DNA of 64,000 nt from Polyangiaceae bacterium. Its GTDB lineage: Bacteria; Myxococcota_A; Polyangia; Polyangiales; Polyangiaceae. The position numbers and the translations under genes are program-made. Location of the stretch: contig JBILLK010000009.1 of assembly GCA_044376115.1 (NCBI GenBank), positions 160,001-224,000 on the forward strand, read 5' to 3'. Positions within the stretch are counted from its first letter, which is position 1. Each line of letters begins with the position of its first letter. Shown piece by piece: positions 8,390 to 18,309 of this stretch. The notes under the pieces were generated by a model. The model saw nothing but the letters and a program-made list of their open reading frames with translations, did not search any database and was not told the origin of the DNA.

Positions 8390-8889
8390 GGCACCAGCGC
8401 CTTTGCTTCCAAGAGCAACAGGATCTCGTCGTCGTCTTGTTCTCGCGCGATGCCGACGATCTGAGCGCCGGCATCTGTCCCGACGGTGGTGGTCGCTCGC
8501 TCGATGTCACGGCTCAGGAGCCGGTGAACGGTCAGCACCTCATCCACTACCAACCCAAGGATCTCCCCGTTGATGTCCGCCATCAGGATGCGAATGCGCG
8601 GCCCATGGATTCGATGCGACGTCTCCGGGACGACACTGCACGCGAGCCCTAGCTGACGCGCCATATCGATCACTGTCACGACGCGCCCGCGGAAGCTGGT
8701 GATGCCGAGGACCGCCGTTGGTGCGCGCGGAACGGGCGTAATCTGCGCGCCCCGAACGATCTCGCGGATGATGGACACCGGCAAGGCGTAGGTTGTCGAA
8801 GCGACGCGGAACGCCAGGTACTCGTTGAGTGCGCCCTCGGTCCTACGTTCGAGCGTTCGCTGTGCTCGCATCTTGGTCATGGCTGTCAT
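8386..8889 (-). CDS. cheW: Chemotaxis coupling protein CheW
   Basis: EYLAFRV..TYALPV..IREIV, ITPVPRAP..VLGITSFRGRVVTVID, LGLVVDEV. ATGA overlaps with both neighbours. Confidence 0.92.
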   Translation of the reverse strand: MTAMTKMRAQRTLERRTEGALNEYLAFRVASTTYALPVSIIREIVRGAQITPVPRAPTAVLGITSFRGRVVTVIDMARQLGLACSVVPETSHRIHGPRIRILMADINGEILGLVVDEVLTVHRLLSRDIERATTTVGTDAGAQIVGIAREQDDDEILLLLEAKALVP

Positions 8890-10988
8890 GAGGACCTCGC
8901 TTGCTGGGCGCGTCGCCGGTCGCTCGCAACGACCTCTTCATACAGGCTGGGCGTATCGAGAACGAGCCCCAGCCGCTCCTCGCCGAGATCGGCAGCACCT
9001 GCGAAACCTCGGACCGAACGCAGCGAAGCGCCGATGGTCTTCATGACTACGTCTTGGCCGCCGATCAGCCGATGCACCACCAGGCCGAGCCGCGCGGAGC
9101 CCGCCATGGTTACCACCACATAATGTTTCGCCGATATGCGGCGCTCAGGGATGTCGAAGACCTTGGTCAGGCGCGCGAGGCGCAGGGTAGAACCGCGCAG
9201 GGTCATCGCTTCATGCCCGTCGACGGAGAAGATATCGTCCTCTGTGATCTGTACCGCTTCACGCACGTTGGCGAGCGGGATTGCGAAGGTGTGGCCCTCA
9301 ACCTCGGCTACGAGGACGCGCACGATTGCGAGCGTGATGGGCAAGGTGATGGCCAGCTTCGTCCCGATCCCGACCTCGCTTTGAACGTCGATGACGCCGC
9401 CAAGCTTACCGATGTTGGTTTTGACGACGTCCATACCGACGCCGCGGCCTGAGATGTCCCCAGCCTGTTTGCGTGTTGAGAGCCCGGGCGTGAAGATCAG
9501 GTTGAGCACGTCGCGCCGGCTGGTGGAGCGCACGTCGGCAGGGTTGATGAAGCCTCGGGATAGCGCGACCTCGAGTACACGCTCGGTGTCGATACCGCCG
9601 CCGTCGTCCTCCAGCTCGATCAGGACGTGATTGCCCTTCTGAAAAGCGTTGAGCGCAATCGTCCCGACCTCAGGCTTGCCAGCCGCCTTGCGTGCCTGAG
9701 CCGACTCGATGCCGTGATCGATGGCGTTGCGCATCATGTGCATCAACGGATCGGAGAGCTCCTCGACGATCAGCTTGTCGACTTCGGTCTCGGCGCCGGT
9801 GATAACCAGGTTGAATTGCTTGTCGGCGTTGCGGCCGACTTGGCGCGCCACGCGACTGAGCCGCTCGAAGAGCTGGCCGAGGGGCACCATGCGCACCTCG
9901 AGGATGCCTTGCTGCATCGACTCGAGCTGGCGGTCGAACGTGCGTGAAAGGCGCAGCAGCTCGAGCGCGCTGGTGCGGTCGGTCGCGAGCGGCCGCATGC
10001 GCTCAAACAGCCTGTCGATCGAGGACTTCACGATCGCGAGTTCACTCACCGCGTTCATCAGCCGGTCGAGCTTCTGGATGTCGACGCGCACCGTTTGAGT
10101 CACGCTGCGGATGGTGCCAACCCGCATCTCTTGCGGGGGCGGAACGCTCGAGGGAGGCACGAGCGGCTGCTCTGCGGCGGCGTGTACGGCCTCGTGCTCG
10201 CCAGTGTCTGCCGCGTGGAAAGCCGCCGCCGGCATGGGCGTGCGCAAGCCAGCCTTGCGCGGGACCTCGCTGATCACCGCGCCGGAGTCGGCGAGCAATA
10301 CCTCCAGCGAAGCTTGGTCGCGCTTGGACGCCATCAAGATGTCGAGCTCGATCGAGTCGGCGTCGGCACCTTCACCCGTCGGCAGGTACGTGATGATCTC
10401 TCCGTGCGGCTTCGCCGTCGCCTTCAGTTGTTCCAGCGACTCATCGATGGTCAAAAGCGAGAAGCGCGTACGCAGCCGAAAGATGCGGTTTCCCGCCTCG
10501 ACGTTTACGCGCAGACGATGTTCCTCATACTCGGTCAACACCGAGAGAATGTTGGGGTCGAGGTCGAGCGCCGGCGCTCCTTCGGGCTTTGCCTCGAGCC
10601 CAGCCCCTCGCAGCTCGGTGAGCACGCTCTCTAGCTCTTGCAGCGGTGGAACGGCTCCGGTGTTCTCCGCGAGCAGCAGGCGGTGCCCAACGTCGAGCGC
10701 GCGGAACAACGTATCGACCACCTCGCTGGTGAAGGTGCTCTTGCCCAGCCGCAGCGAGTCGAGCTTTGTTTCGAGCTCGTTGGCCAGCGTGTTCAGGGTG
10801 GTTGCGCCAAACAGGCCGGCAAGTCCCTTGAGCGTATGAACCGCTCGAAAAATGTCGTTGATCAGGTCTGGATCAGCGTTGCCTGAGCGCAACGACTCGT
10901 CGAGCAGCACCAGATCGCGACCGAGCGCTTCGAAGATGTCTTCGGCTTCGGTGAGAAACTCGATCTTGCCGCGTTCGTTGTCGTTCAT
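8886..10988 (-). CDS. cheA: Chemotaxis histidine kinase CheA
   Basis: HPt IFRAVHTLKG, VRVD..KLD.LMN, PLMHMMRNAIDHGIE, DDGGGID, FTPGLST, SGRGVGMDVV, LPITLAI, and a C-terminal CheW domain. Confidence 0.97.
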   Translation of the reverse strand: MNDNERGKIEFLTEAEDIFEALGRDLVLLDESLRSGNADPDLINDIFRAVHTLKGLAGLFGATTLNTLANELETKLDSLRLGKSTFTSEVVDTLFRALDVGHRLLLAENTGAVPPLQELESVLTELRGAGLEAKPEGAPALDLDPNILSVLTEYEEHRLRVNVEAGNRIFRLRTRFSLLTIDESLEQLKATAKPHGEIITYLPTGEGADADSIELDILMASKRDQASLEVLLADSGAVISEVPRKAGLRTPMPAAAFHAADTGEHEAVHAAAEQPLVPPSSVPPPQEMRVGTIRSVTQTVRVDIQKLDRLMNAVSELAIVKSSIDRLFERMRPLATDRTSALELLRLSRTFDRQLESMQQGILEVRMVPLGQLFERLSRVARQVGRNADKQFNLVITGAETEVDKLIVEELSDPLMHMMRNAIDHGIESAQARKAAGKPEVGTIALNAFQKGNHVLIELEDDGGGIDTERVLEVALSRGFINPADVRSTSRRDVLNLIFTPGLSTRKQAGDISGRGVGMDVVKTNIGKLGGVIDVQSEVGIGTKLAITLPITLAIVRVLVAEVEGHTFAIPLANVREAVQITEDDIFSVDGHEAMTLRGSTLRLARLTKVFDIPERRISAKHYVVVTMAGSARLGLVVHRLIGGQDVVMKTIGASLRSVRGFAGAADLGEERLGLVLDTPSLYEEVVASDRRRAQQARSS

Positions 10989-11058
10989 TCCAGGCAGCAG
11001 GAGGCTACATGTCTAGCGGCAGCCTGCGCAACGTTGCGTCCAGGAGTTACCGACTTCA

Positions 11059-12177
11059 TCAACGCGAACGCCGTAACGCCGCTAACTGGCCGCAGGCGCC
11101 ACCTACGTCTCGGCCACGGGGGCGTCGAATGAGCGTGGTCACTCCGAGCTCGACCAAGATCGCGACGAACTCGTCGAGCGAGCTCTTGCTGGGCGTAGAC
11201 AGCGCGGGATCCGGACCGGGGTTCATTGGGATCACGTTGACTCTGCTGCGCACGCGAGCCGCAAGCTTGGCTAGTTCCCGCGCGTCTTCCGGGCTGTCGT
11301 TGAAGCCGCCGATCAGCACATACTCGAACAAAACGCGCCTCCCTCTAGGCAGGTGCTGCTCAAGTTCGGTGAACAGCGCTTGCAGCGGAAATCGCTGATT
11401 GATGGGCATGATTCGGCCACGCTTCTCATCGGTCGCAGCGTTGAGACTGACGGCCAACTCGGCTTTGCAACTCTCGAAAAAGGGCCCGATCTTGTCGGCT
11501 ACTCCCACGGTGGAAACCGTGACCCGGGAGCGCGATAGAGCGAACGCGTTGTCGTCGGTGAGCAGCTGGGTGGCCTTGGCCACCTCGGTCAGGTTGTCGA
11601 AGGGCTCGCCCATGCCCATGAACACGACGTTCTGAATCGCTGGGAGTCGGTTGCCCCAAACCAAGCGGGCGATGCGTAGCTGGTCCACGATCTCGCCTGC
11701 GTCGAGTTGCCGGGTCAGCCCGTTCACGCCGGTTTCGCAGAAGCTGCAGGCGCGCGCGCAACCGACCTGGCTTGAAACGCAAACCGTGGTTCGATTCGGT
11801 GCAGGAATCAGCACCGTCTCGACGTAGTTGCCGTCGAGCGTTGCGAGCAGAAGGCGCTCGGAGCCATCCAACGCGGGCGCGCGCTCGGCGATGGTGAGCG
11901 AACAACGGGCGTCGAGCGCGAGCAGCGCAGGGTGGGCCCAGGCGCCGACGCCGAGATCGCGTAGGAGGGCCTGGTCCCAGGGCGAATCGAGGCCTTCAGG
12001 CCTCACCCTAAAGGTATGCCGCAAGACCTTGGCGGCGGCGGAGGCCGCTTGGGATGGTGACCCTCCGGAACGGGTGAGCAGAGCGCTCAGTTCTCTGCTA
12101 GGAAGCGAGGCCAGAAGGGGCAAGCCCGGCCGTTTCCGCGTTAGGCCCGAGCCGGGGGTGGTTCCCGGGTTGATCAT
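11059..12177 (-). CDS. rlmN: Radical SAM RNA methyltransferase, RlmN family
   Basis: CVSSQVGC, CxxxCxxC (CARACSFC), NVVFMGMGEP, VSTVG, LAVSL, C-terminal GACGQL. Exact start uncertain. Confidence 0.88.
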   Translation of the reverse strand: MINPGTTPGSGLTRKRPGLPLLASLPSRELSALLTRSGGSPSQAASAAAKVLRHTFRVRPEGLDSPWDQALLRDLGVGAWAHPALLALDARCSLTIAERAPALDGSERLLLATLDGNYVETVLIPAPNRTTVCVSSQVGCARACSFCETGVNGLTRQLDAGEIVDQLRIARLVWGNRLPAIQNVVFMGMGEPFDNLTEVAKATQLLTDDNAFALSRSRVTVSTVGVADKIGPFFESCKAELAVSLNAATDEKRGRIMPINQRFPLQALFTELEQHLPRGRRVLFEYVLIGGFNDSPEDARELAKLAARVRSRVNVIPMNPGPDPALSTPSKSSLDEFVAILVELGVTTLIRRPRGRDVGGACGQLAALRRSR

Positions 12178-12253
12178 CCTCCCGACCTACCATTTCCACG
12201 TTTGGGCGGGTAACCCCGCGCGAAACGAATGAAACGCAAGTAGAGTTGTCTCG

Positions 12254-14017
12254 ATGTCTTGGATTCGCACCCTGGTTACGACCTGCTTGCTCTCATGTGC
12301 GCTGCTCTCGGCTGCGGTGGTCTCCGCTGCGCCGAAAGACAGCAAGGCACAGAAGGCCCTCAAAGAAGCAATGGAGGATGACTACCTCCTGACCAACTTC
12401 GACGACGCCGAGGCAAAGCTGCGCGGCGCGCTCGAGACTTGCGGCGCCTCCGGCTGCAGTAAGTCGGTCAAGTCAAAGGTCTATGTCGGCCTTGGTATCG
12501 TGCTCGCGGGGGGCAAGAAGGACAAGCTGGGCGGCACCGACGCCTTCAAAGAGGCGCTCAAACTCGACTCCAACGCCACGCCGGATCCCGACTACGTAAC
12601 GAGTGAAGTGAAGGCTGCATTTGAGGCGGCGAAGAAGGGCGGCGGCTCGTCTGGCTCCTCCGGCTCTTCCGGCGGAGATTCGGGCAATAGCGGCTCCAAG
12701 CCTGCGAACTCGGAGGATTCGCCCATCACGCTCAATGAGCTCTCGGAGCAGAAGGTCAACACGCCTGTGCCGGTGTACGTCGGGGTGGAGGATGACTCGG
12801 TGAAGGTCGCCACCGTCACGGTCACCTACATCCCGGTCGGCTCCTCTTCATCCAAGAAGCTCGAGCTCGAGAAGAGTGGTCGTGGCTTTCGCGGCAACAT
12901 CCCGTGCGCGTCGGTGGCGAAGAAAGGCAGTCTGAAATTTTGGGTCACTGCCAAGGACAAAGGCGGCAAGGTCGTGGGCTCGTTGGGAAGTGATTCCGAT
13001 CCGTACACCACCGCCATCAAGAGTGACGTGGACGGCAAACCGCCGAGTTGGCCAGGGTTTGCGCCGCCCGAAGCTTGCGCTGGATCAAGCGAGGACGGAG
13101 GAGCGGGAGACGGCGGAGAGTCTGGCGCAACGCGCAGGCAGTGCACCGAGGACAAGGATTGCCCCGCCGACGAAAAGTGCGCGAACTTCGAGTGCCTCAA
13201 GAAGCCGAGCGAAGGCGGAGACAGTGGGTCGGAGCCTGGGGCCGGAGATACAGGCTCGGAGGATGACGGCCCGAGCAGCGACCGACTCAACTGGATTCGC
13301 ATCACGTTTACGCCTGATTTTGCGATGATCTCCGGCGAATCGATCTGCGGGTTTCAAGACGCCTACGCCGACGGCGGGCCGTCGGTGGCCAACGACGCTA
13401 CCTACGTTTGCATCAAGAACCCAACCTCCGAGAATCCCTCGCGCTACCTCGGTCAGGCGACGGCCGGCCAGGGCAACAACGTCAACTTCGGGTTTGGCGT
13501 GTCCACCATGCGGATCTTGGCGAGCTATGACCGCGTGGTCTGGAAGGGCCTCTCTCTCGGCGCGCGCTTAGGCTTCGTTTTCAACGGCACCTATGAAGAT
13601 TTCGCCTCGTTCATCCCCTTTCACGGTGAAGGGCGAATCACCTACACGATTGGTTCGGAGCCTTGGTCCGGTAAGCAGGTGGTGCGCCCCTGGTTCTTCG
13701 TCGGTGGCGGTTTCGCCCAGGTGGACGCTTCGGTGAACGTCGACGTGCTCGAGGACGGTGAAGCCTGCGGGGCCGAGAATCCTGGCGATACCACGAGCGC
13801 CTGTTCCATCGAGTCCGCCGATGGCGTACTTGAACCGCGCATCCAAACGCTGCGCGCGGTAAAGCAAGCTGGGCTGGGCTTTGCCGGTGGCGGTGCCGGT
13901 ATCTCGTTTGTTCCAGCCGATCTTTTCGAGATCAATCTTGGTCTCAAGTTCTCCGTCACGTTCCCGTTCGTGATGCCGGTTCTTTCTCCTGAAGCGGGAA
14001 TCGGGTTCGGCTTCTGA
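12254..14017 (+). CDS. Secreted multidomain protein: TPR-like N-terminus, Ig-like domain, Cys-rich repeat, C-terminal outer-membrane beta-barrel-like region
   Basis: Sec signal (…AAVVSA), helical A..AL..D TPR-like segment, CTEDKDCPADEKC motif, alternating amphipathic strands ending GIGFGF. Confidence 0.7.
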   Translation: MSWIRTLVTTCLLSCALLSAAVVSAAPKDSKAQKALKEAMEDDYLLTNFDDAEAKLRGALETCGASGCSKSVKSKVYVGLGIVLAGGKKDKLGGTDAFKEALKLDSNATPDPDYVTSEVKAAFEAAKKGGGSSGSSGSSGGDSGNSGSKPANSEDSPITLNELSEQKVNTPVPVYVGVEDDSVKVATVTVTYIPVGSSSSKKLELEKSGRGFRGNIPCASVAKKGSLKFWVTAKDKGGKVVGSLGSDSDPYTTAIKSDVDGKPPSWPGFAPPEACAGSSEDGGAGDGGESGATRRQCTEDKDCPADEKCANFECLKKPSEGGDSGSEPGAGDTGSEDDGPSSDRLNWIRITFTPDFAMISGESICGFQDAYADGGPSVANDATYVCIKNPTSENPSRYLGQATAGQGNNVNFGFGVSTMRILASYDRVVWKGLSLGARLGFVFNGTYEDFASFIPFHGEGRITYTIGSEPWSGKQVVRPWFFVGGGFAQVDASVNVDVLEDGEACGAENPGDTTSACSIESADGVLEPRIQTLRAVKQAGLGFAGGGAGISFVPADLFEINLGLKFSVTFPFVMPVLSPEAGIGFGF

Positions 14018-14118
14018 AACCTTTTAATTCTCAGGCAGAGGCCCTCAAGAGCGAAAAGCTCAAGAGCCTCCTTCAAGCTGCAATTCACGGTGAACGTGGA
14101 GAGCGCGGTCGTGACCCG

Positions 14119-14886
14119 TTGACGGTCTTTCTAAACGATCTGGATCGCGTCAGCGGTCTTCCCGGTCCGCGTCCCAACCTTCCGCTGCTTCGTGCGCTCG
14201 GCCTCGCGGTTCACGGTCATGGGGAGGCCGGCAAAGTGTTTGCCCACGACTTGCGCCAGTCCAAGGTGCTCGCGCAGGTGTACATCGGCATCTTTGCGCT
14301 GGCCTGTGGTGCAGCGAACCCAAAGGATAAGAAGCTGATCATTCAGCTGATCGACAGCACCGACGAGTCGGAGAAGGAACGTCGGGATGCGGTTACCCAT
14401 GCGCTCGAGGACGTGCTCGCCGTGCGAGCGGATGAGGCTGTCGAGCGGCTTCTTCCCCACGCAGACGGCTATTTGCATCTGCACGTGCTGCTTACAGCGA
14501 CCACGACTCCAAGGGTCCTGACCGCACTCAAGTCGGCAGCGCCGCTCCTCGCCTGCATCGAGGCGGCGTTCCAAATGGTGATCGAAGCGCCGCGATCGGC
14601 CGAGCGCTCGCAGGGTTACCGTACGCTGGCGGAGTCGCTGCCGCGTCAGATCGCCACCGGGGCGAAGCGTTTCGTCGAGCTTAGCGATTGGGTCGCCGCA
14701 AAGGCCGAGACCACCGACAACCCGCAGGCGCGTGCGATCTTGGACGCAGCGATCAACGATCTTCGGCCCCTTCTCGGAGAGGCCGACACCGACCGCTTGC
14801 GACATTCCCTCGAGGGCTCGGCCAAGCCAGCGCGTGACCCGAGTCGAATCGTGCAGGGGACGCGCAAGCGAAGCCGAGGCCGCTGA
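14119..14886 (+). CDS. Hypothetical helical-repeat protein (true start probably upstream, see findings)
   Basis: 255-aa ORF with SGLPGPRPNL motif and basic C-terminus GTRKRSRGR. The frame stays open upstream to 13993. Confidence 0.7.
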   Translation: MTVFLNDLDRVSGLPGPRPNLPLLRALGLAVHGHGEAGKVFAHDLRQSKVLAQVYIGIFALACGAANPKDKKLIIQLIDSTDESEKERRDAVTHALEDVLAVRADEAVERLLPHADGYLHLHVLLTATTTPRVLTALKSAAPLLACIEAAFQMVIEAPRSAERSQGYRTLAESLPRQIATGAKRFVELSDWVAAKAETTDNPQARAILDAAINDLRPLLGEADTDRLRHSLEGSAKPARDPSRIVQGTRKRSRGR

Positions 14887-14897
14887 GCAAAGCCGCT

Positions 14898-15191
14898 TCA
14901 GGCCGATGGGGCGTCTTGGTCGAGAGCCATGCGCCCCAAGATTTCTTCAGCCACCGTGCGTAGATCTTCAGCCGCGTCGAGCTTATCGCCCCGCAGGTAG
15001 GCGTCGATCCCGTCCATCGCCACGAGCGCGAGGCTCGCGTTCACCCCGCGGTCGGTGAGCGCCGCCACCACCTCGGAGGTCTTGAGCAGCGTACGCAGCT
15101 CTTCCATCAGCTCCGCAAGTTCACGCAAGCCGCCCGTGCCGCCCACCGTCTCCCCGATGCGTGAGCCGAGTTCGTCGTCCTCGTGTGCCAT
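14898..15191 (-). CDS. Small hypothetical protein
   Basis: 97-aa helical ORF. Its ATG overlaps the stop of the upstream SDR. Confidence 0.7.
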   Translation of the reverse strand: MAHEDDELGSRIGETVGGTGGLRELAELMEELRTLLKTSEVVAALTDRGVNASLALVAMDGIDAYLRGDKLDAAEDLRTVAEEILGRMALDQDAPSA

Positions 15192-16030
15192 CAGCGCACC
15201 GTCTTCGTCACGCGCGGAATCGCCTTGAACGGTACGTGTGGGGGTTCATGCCCTGCGACGCACTGGTACTTGTCAAAGTTGGTCACGCCCTCGGAGCGAA
15301 GCAGCTCCTCGTCCAACCAGGCTTTCCCCATGCGTTCCCGGGGCTCCTTGGCGAGCAAGGCTACCGTCGCATCAGCAATGATGTCCGCCTTACGCCAAAC
15401 CTCTGGTCCGCCGAGCCCAAAGTTCATCGTCGCGTAGCTCTCGACCGCGGTCGCCGGCCACAGCGCATGGGCCGTTACGTTGTCCTCGGCGTACTCCTCG
15501 GCGATCGATTGGGCGATCATCGTCATACCGAACTTGGATACCGAGTAGGCGCCGTGCCCAGCGATGGCTTCGGTATCCACGGCGGGAGACATCATCACGA
15601 TGTGGCCGAACTTCCGCGCGATCATGTGAGGAAGAACCGCGTGTGAAAGCACGAACGCCGCGCGCACGTTGATGCCCATGATGAGGTCGTACTTCTTTAC
15701 CGGGGTATCTGCGACGTCGGCCCACCACAGCGCACCGGCGTTGTTGACGAGCGCGTCCACGCGACCAAAGGTCTCGATCGTCTTTGCGATAGCCGCTTCG
15801 CAGGCGGTCTCGTCGCGCACGTCCAACTTGAGCGGCAGAGCTTTGCGGCCGAGCGCTTCGACCTCGCGGGCCACATCGTGAATCGTGCCGGGCAGCTTCG
15901 GATTCTCGGCTACCTCGGTCTTGGCGGCGATCACGATGTGAGCGCCTTCTTTTGCGCAGGCCAACGCGACTGCGCGGCCGATCCCGCGCGATGCACCGGT
16001 GATGAATACGACGCGATCCGTGAGCTTCAT
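15191..16030 (-). CDS. Short-chain dehydrogenase/reductase (HSDL2-like)
   Basis: ITGASRGIG, IAAKT...PKLPGTI, NNAG, YSVSK (YxxxK), ALWP.TA. Confidence 0.92.
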   Translation of the reverse strand: MKLTDRVVFITGASRGIGRAVALACAKEGAHIVIAAKTEVAENPKLPGTIHDVAREVEALGRKALPLKLDVRDETACEAAIAKTIETFGRVDALVNNAGALWWADVADTPVKKYDLIMGINVRAAFVLSHAVLPHMIARKFGHIVMMSPAVDTEAIAGHGAYSVSKFGMTMIAQSIAEEYAEDNVTAHALWPATAVESYATMNFGLGGPEVWRKADIIADATVALLAKEPRERMGKAWLDEELLRSEGVTNFDKYQCVAGHEPPHVPFKAIPRVTKTVR

Positions 16031-16117
16031 GCCCGGCTGGCTACCAGTGCCACACCTCGGCGGCCAGGGGGCAGCGACGAGAATCGCGCCCCGGGCAGCG
16101 GCCGAGCGGAGCTTCGA

Positions 16118-17137
16118 TCACTTGCTGTAGCGACTGCGGATGCGCGGTACCAGGTACTCGCCAAAGGCTCGCTCTGCGTCGAAGGCGGGGGCAAACCCCC
16201 AATCCGATCGAGCGGCGCTGTCGTCGACGTCGGCTGGCCATGAGTCGACGATCTTCTCGCGCACGAGGTCTGGCTTGTAGCTAATTTCAGCCTTGGGAAA
16301 AGCCTTCTTTACATGCTCGGCGATCTGCTTGGCGGAGACCGAGAAGCCGCTCACGTTGTAAACCACGCGCGAGAGCTTGCTCTGGTCAGCGTCGAGCAAG
16401 GAGGTGAGGGCGGTAACCGCGTCGGGCATGGCCATGAACGGGATCTGCGCGTTTTCCCCGACGAAGCAGCTGTACGGTTCGCCCTTGGCTGCCGCATGCA
16501 GCATCTCCGGGCCGAAGTCGCTCGTACCGCCAGTGGGCACAGTGTCCGCCGAGATCAGCCCAGGAAAGCGCAGCGAGCGGAAATCGAGCCGAGCCATGCT
16601 GGAGAGGGCACCCAGTTGCCGGTGGTAATGCGTGTAGTACCGGCCGAGATGCTCGCAATAGAGCTTGTTGCAGCCATACATGGTTACCGGCACGGTCCAT
16701 TCATCCTCCTTGACGCGGCCAGCTGCGGCCTTGGTCGCGAGGTCAGGTAGGCCGTAGACGGCAATGGAACTCGGAAACAGGAATTTGACCGCGCGCCCGA
16801 GCCGAGCGGATTGCTGCTGCGCGACGCGCAAGAGATTGAGCGTGCCCTCGACGTTGACCTGGTGTGCGAGCTCCGGGTCCCGCTCGCCGCGCGTGGAGAG
16901 CAGCGCCGCCAGGTGGAAAACCGCATCGATCTCGTGGTGTGCCGCGATCTGATCCATCAGGTAGCGATCCATGATGTTTCCGGCGTAACTGGCGACGCAT
17001 TTAGCGCGCAGCGCGTCGGGCACCGGCGTGAGATCCAAGCTCACGACTTGATAGCGCCCTTCGGCGGCCAGCTGATTCACGAGGCTGTGGCCGATTTCTC
17101 CGTTGGATCCAGTGATGAGCACGACGCCTTTTGCCAT
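16118..17137 (-). CDS. NAD-dependent epimerase/dehydratase family, L-threonine 3-dehydrogenase-like
   Basis: LITGSNGEIG, FHLAALLS..GE, PSSIAVYG, MYGCNK, DFRSLRFPGLIS, GGTSDF, IVDSWP..VDDS.AR.DWG. Start at MAKGV (ATG 17137). Confidence 0.88.
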   Translation of the reverse strand: MAKGVVLITGSNGEIGHSLVNQLAAEGRYQVVSLDLTPVPDALRAKCVASYAGNIMDRYLMDQIAAHHEIDAVFHLAALLSTRGERDPELAHQVNVEGTLNLLRVAQQQSARLGRAVKFLFPSSIAVYGLPDLATKAAAGRVKEDEWTVPVTMYGCNKLYCEHLGRYYTHYHRQLGALSSMARLDFRSLRFPGLISADTVPTGGTSDFGPEMLHAAAKGEPYSCFVGENAQIPFMAMPDAVTALTSLLDADQSKLSRVVYNVSGFSVSAKQIAEHVKKAFPKAEISYKPDLVREKIVDSWPADVDDSAARSDWGFAPAFDAERAFGEYLVPRIRSRYSK

Positions 17138-17265
17138 GCGCCTCTTTACACCGAACGTCGCTTCTCTGGAACGGCAGCGGACGTCGACCCGCCTGGCCAA
17201 GTAAAAAAGCTTCTTGGGGCTTCAAGCCCACAGGCGCCGGTACTAAGCACCGTGCAAGGTGAAGC

Positions 17266-18309
17266 ATGGCTGAGCGAACGTTTGCGCCCAAACCCGAGTG
17301 GCTCAAGGTCCGAGCTCCGGGCGGAGACCGTTACCACGCAATCAAAGAGACGTTGCGCGAGCTGGACCTGCACACCGTTTGTGAAGAGGCGCGTTGTCCC
17401 AACGTCGGTGAGTGTTGGCGTGACGGCACGGCCACCGTCATGTTGCTGGGAGACACCTGCACGCGGGGTTGTCGCTTCTGCGCGGTCACCACGGGGGACC
17501 CGAAAGGCTCGGTGGATTCGCGCGAGCCGGAGCACGTCGCCCGCGCGATCGCCAAGATGCAGCTGCAATACGTAGTGATGACGATGGTCAACCGAGATGA
17601 CCTGCTCGACGGTGGAGCCGAGCACGTCGGTCGTACGGTGAAGCGGCTGAGAGAGCTGCGTGATGACATCCTGATCGAGACGCTGGTCGGTGATTTTTGC
17701 GGCCGGCTCGACGACGTGCGTACCGCGGCCGAGGCGATGCCCGACGTGTTTGCCCATAACGTGGAGACGGTACGCAGGCTCACGCGCACGGTTCGCGATG
17801 TTCGGTCGGGCTACGATCAGACCTTGAAGGTGCTGGCGGCTGCCGCAGCCGTGGCCAAGGAGGCCCGCGCTTCGGGGGGCCGCACGATGCTGACCAAGAG
17901 CTCGATCATGGTGGGCCTCGGGGAGACCGATGAGGAAGTCCTCGAGACGATGAAGGATCTCAAGTCGGTTGGCGTGGACATCGTCACGATTGGTCAGTAC
18001 CTGCGGCCAAGCCCGAAACACCACGAGGTGCTTCGCTTCGTGCACCCCACGGTGTTTGCTTCTTACGAGGAGCAGGCAATGAAGCTCGGCTTCCTATATG
18101 CCGCGTGCGGGCCGCTGGTTCGCTCCAGCTACAAGGCTGGCGAGGTCTTTCTCAAATCGTTGCTCGGTACCGAGGACGTGGCAGCACCGTTGGAGGAGCG
18201 CATCCTTCGGGCGCGAGAAAACGCCGCGAAGGTGCGCGAGCACGCCGCCAAAGAAGAACTGACGAAGAGCGGAATTGTGCCTGTTTCCTCTTTGGTCAGG
18301 TCACGCTGA
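17266..18309 (+). CDS. lipA: Lipoyl synthase
   Basis: KPEWLKV, CEEARCPNVGEC (CX4CX5C), CTRGCRFC, HNVETV, GQYLRP, LVRSSY. Confidence 0.97.
   Translation: MAERTFAPKPEWLKVRAPGGDRYHAIKETLRELDLHTVCEEARCPNVGECWRDGTATVMLLGDTCTRGCRFCAVTTGDPKGSVDSREPEHVARAIAKMQLQYVVMTMVNRDDLLDGGAEHVGRTVKRLRELRDDILIETLVGDFCGRLDDVRTAAEAMPDVFAHNVETVRRLTRTVRDVRSGYDQTLKVLAAAAAVAKEARASGGRTMLTKSSIMVGLGETDEEVLETMKDLKSVGVDIVTIGQYLRPSPKHHEVLRFVHPTVFASYEEQAMKLGFLYAACGPLVRSSYKAGEVFLKSLLGTEDVAAPLEERILRARENAAKVREHAAKEELTKSGIVPVSSLVRSR

Noticed and set aside
11059..12177. Cfr-type antibiotic resistance methyltransferase
   Set aside because: MGMGEP and CVSSQVGC match RlmN-type enzymes, and there is no mobile-element context.
17266..18309. 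lipA as part of an sHdr/LbpA sulfur-oxidation pathway linked to the TusE/DsrE genes
   Set aside because: It is a canonical LipA, no hdr-like or lbpA genes are in the window, and the E2 lipoyl domain explains its presence.
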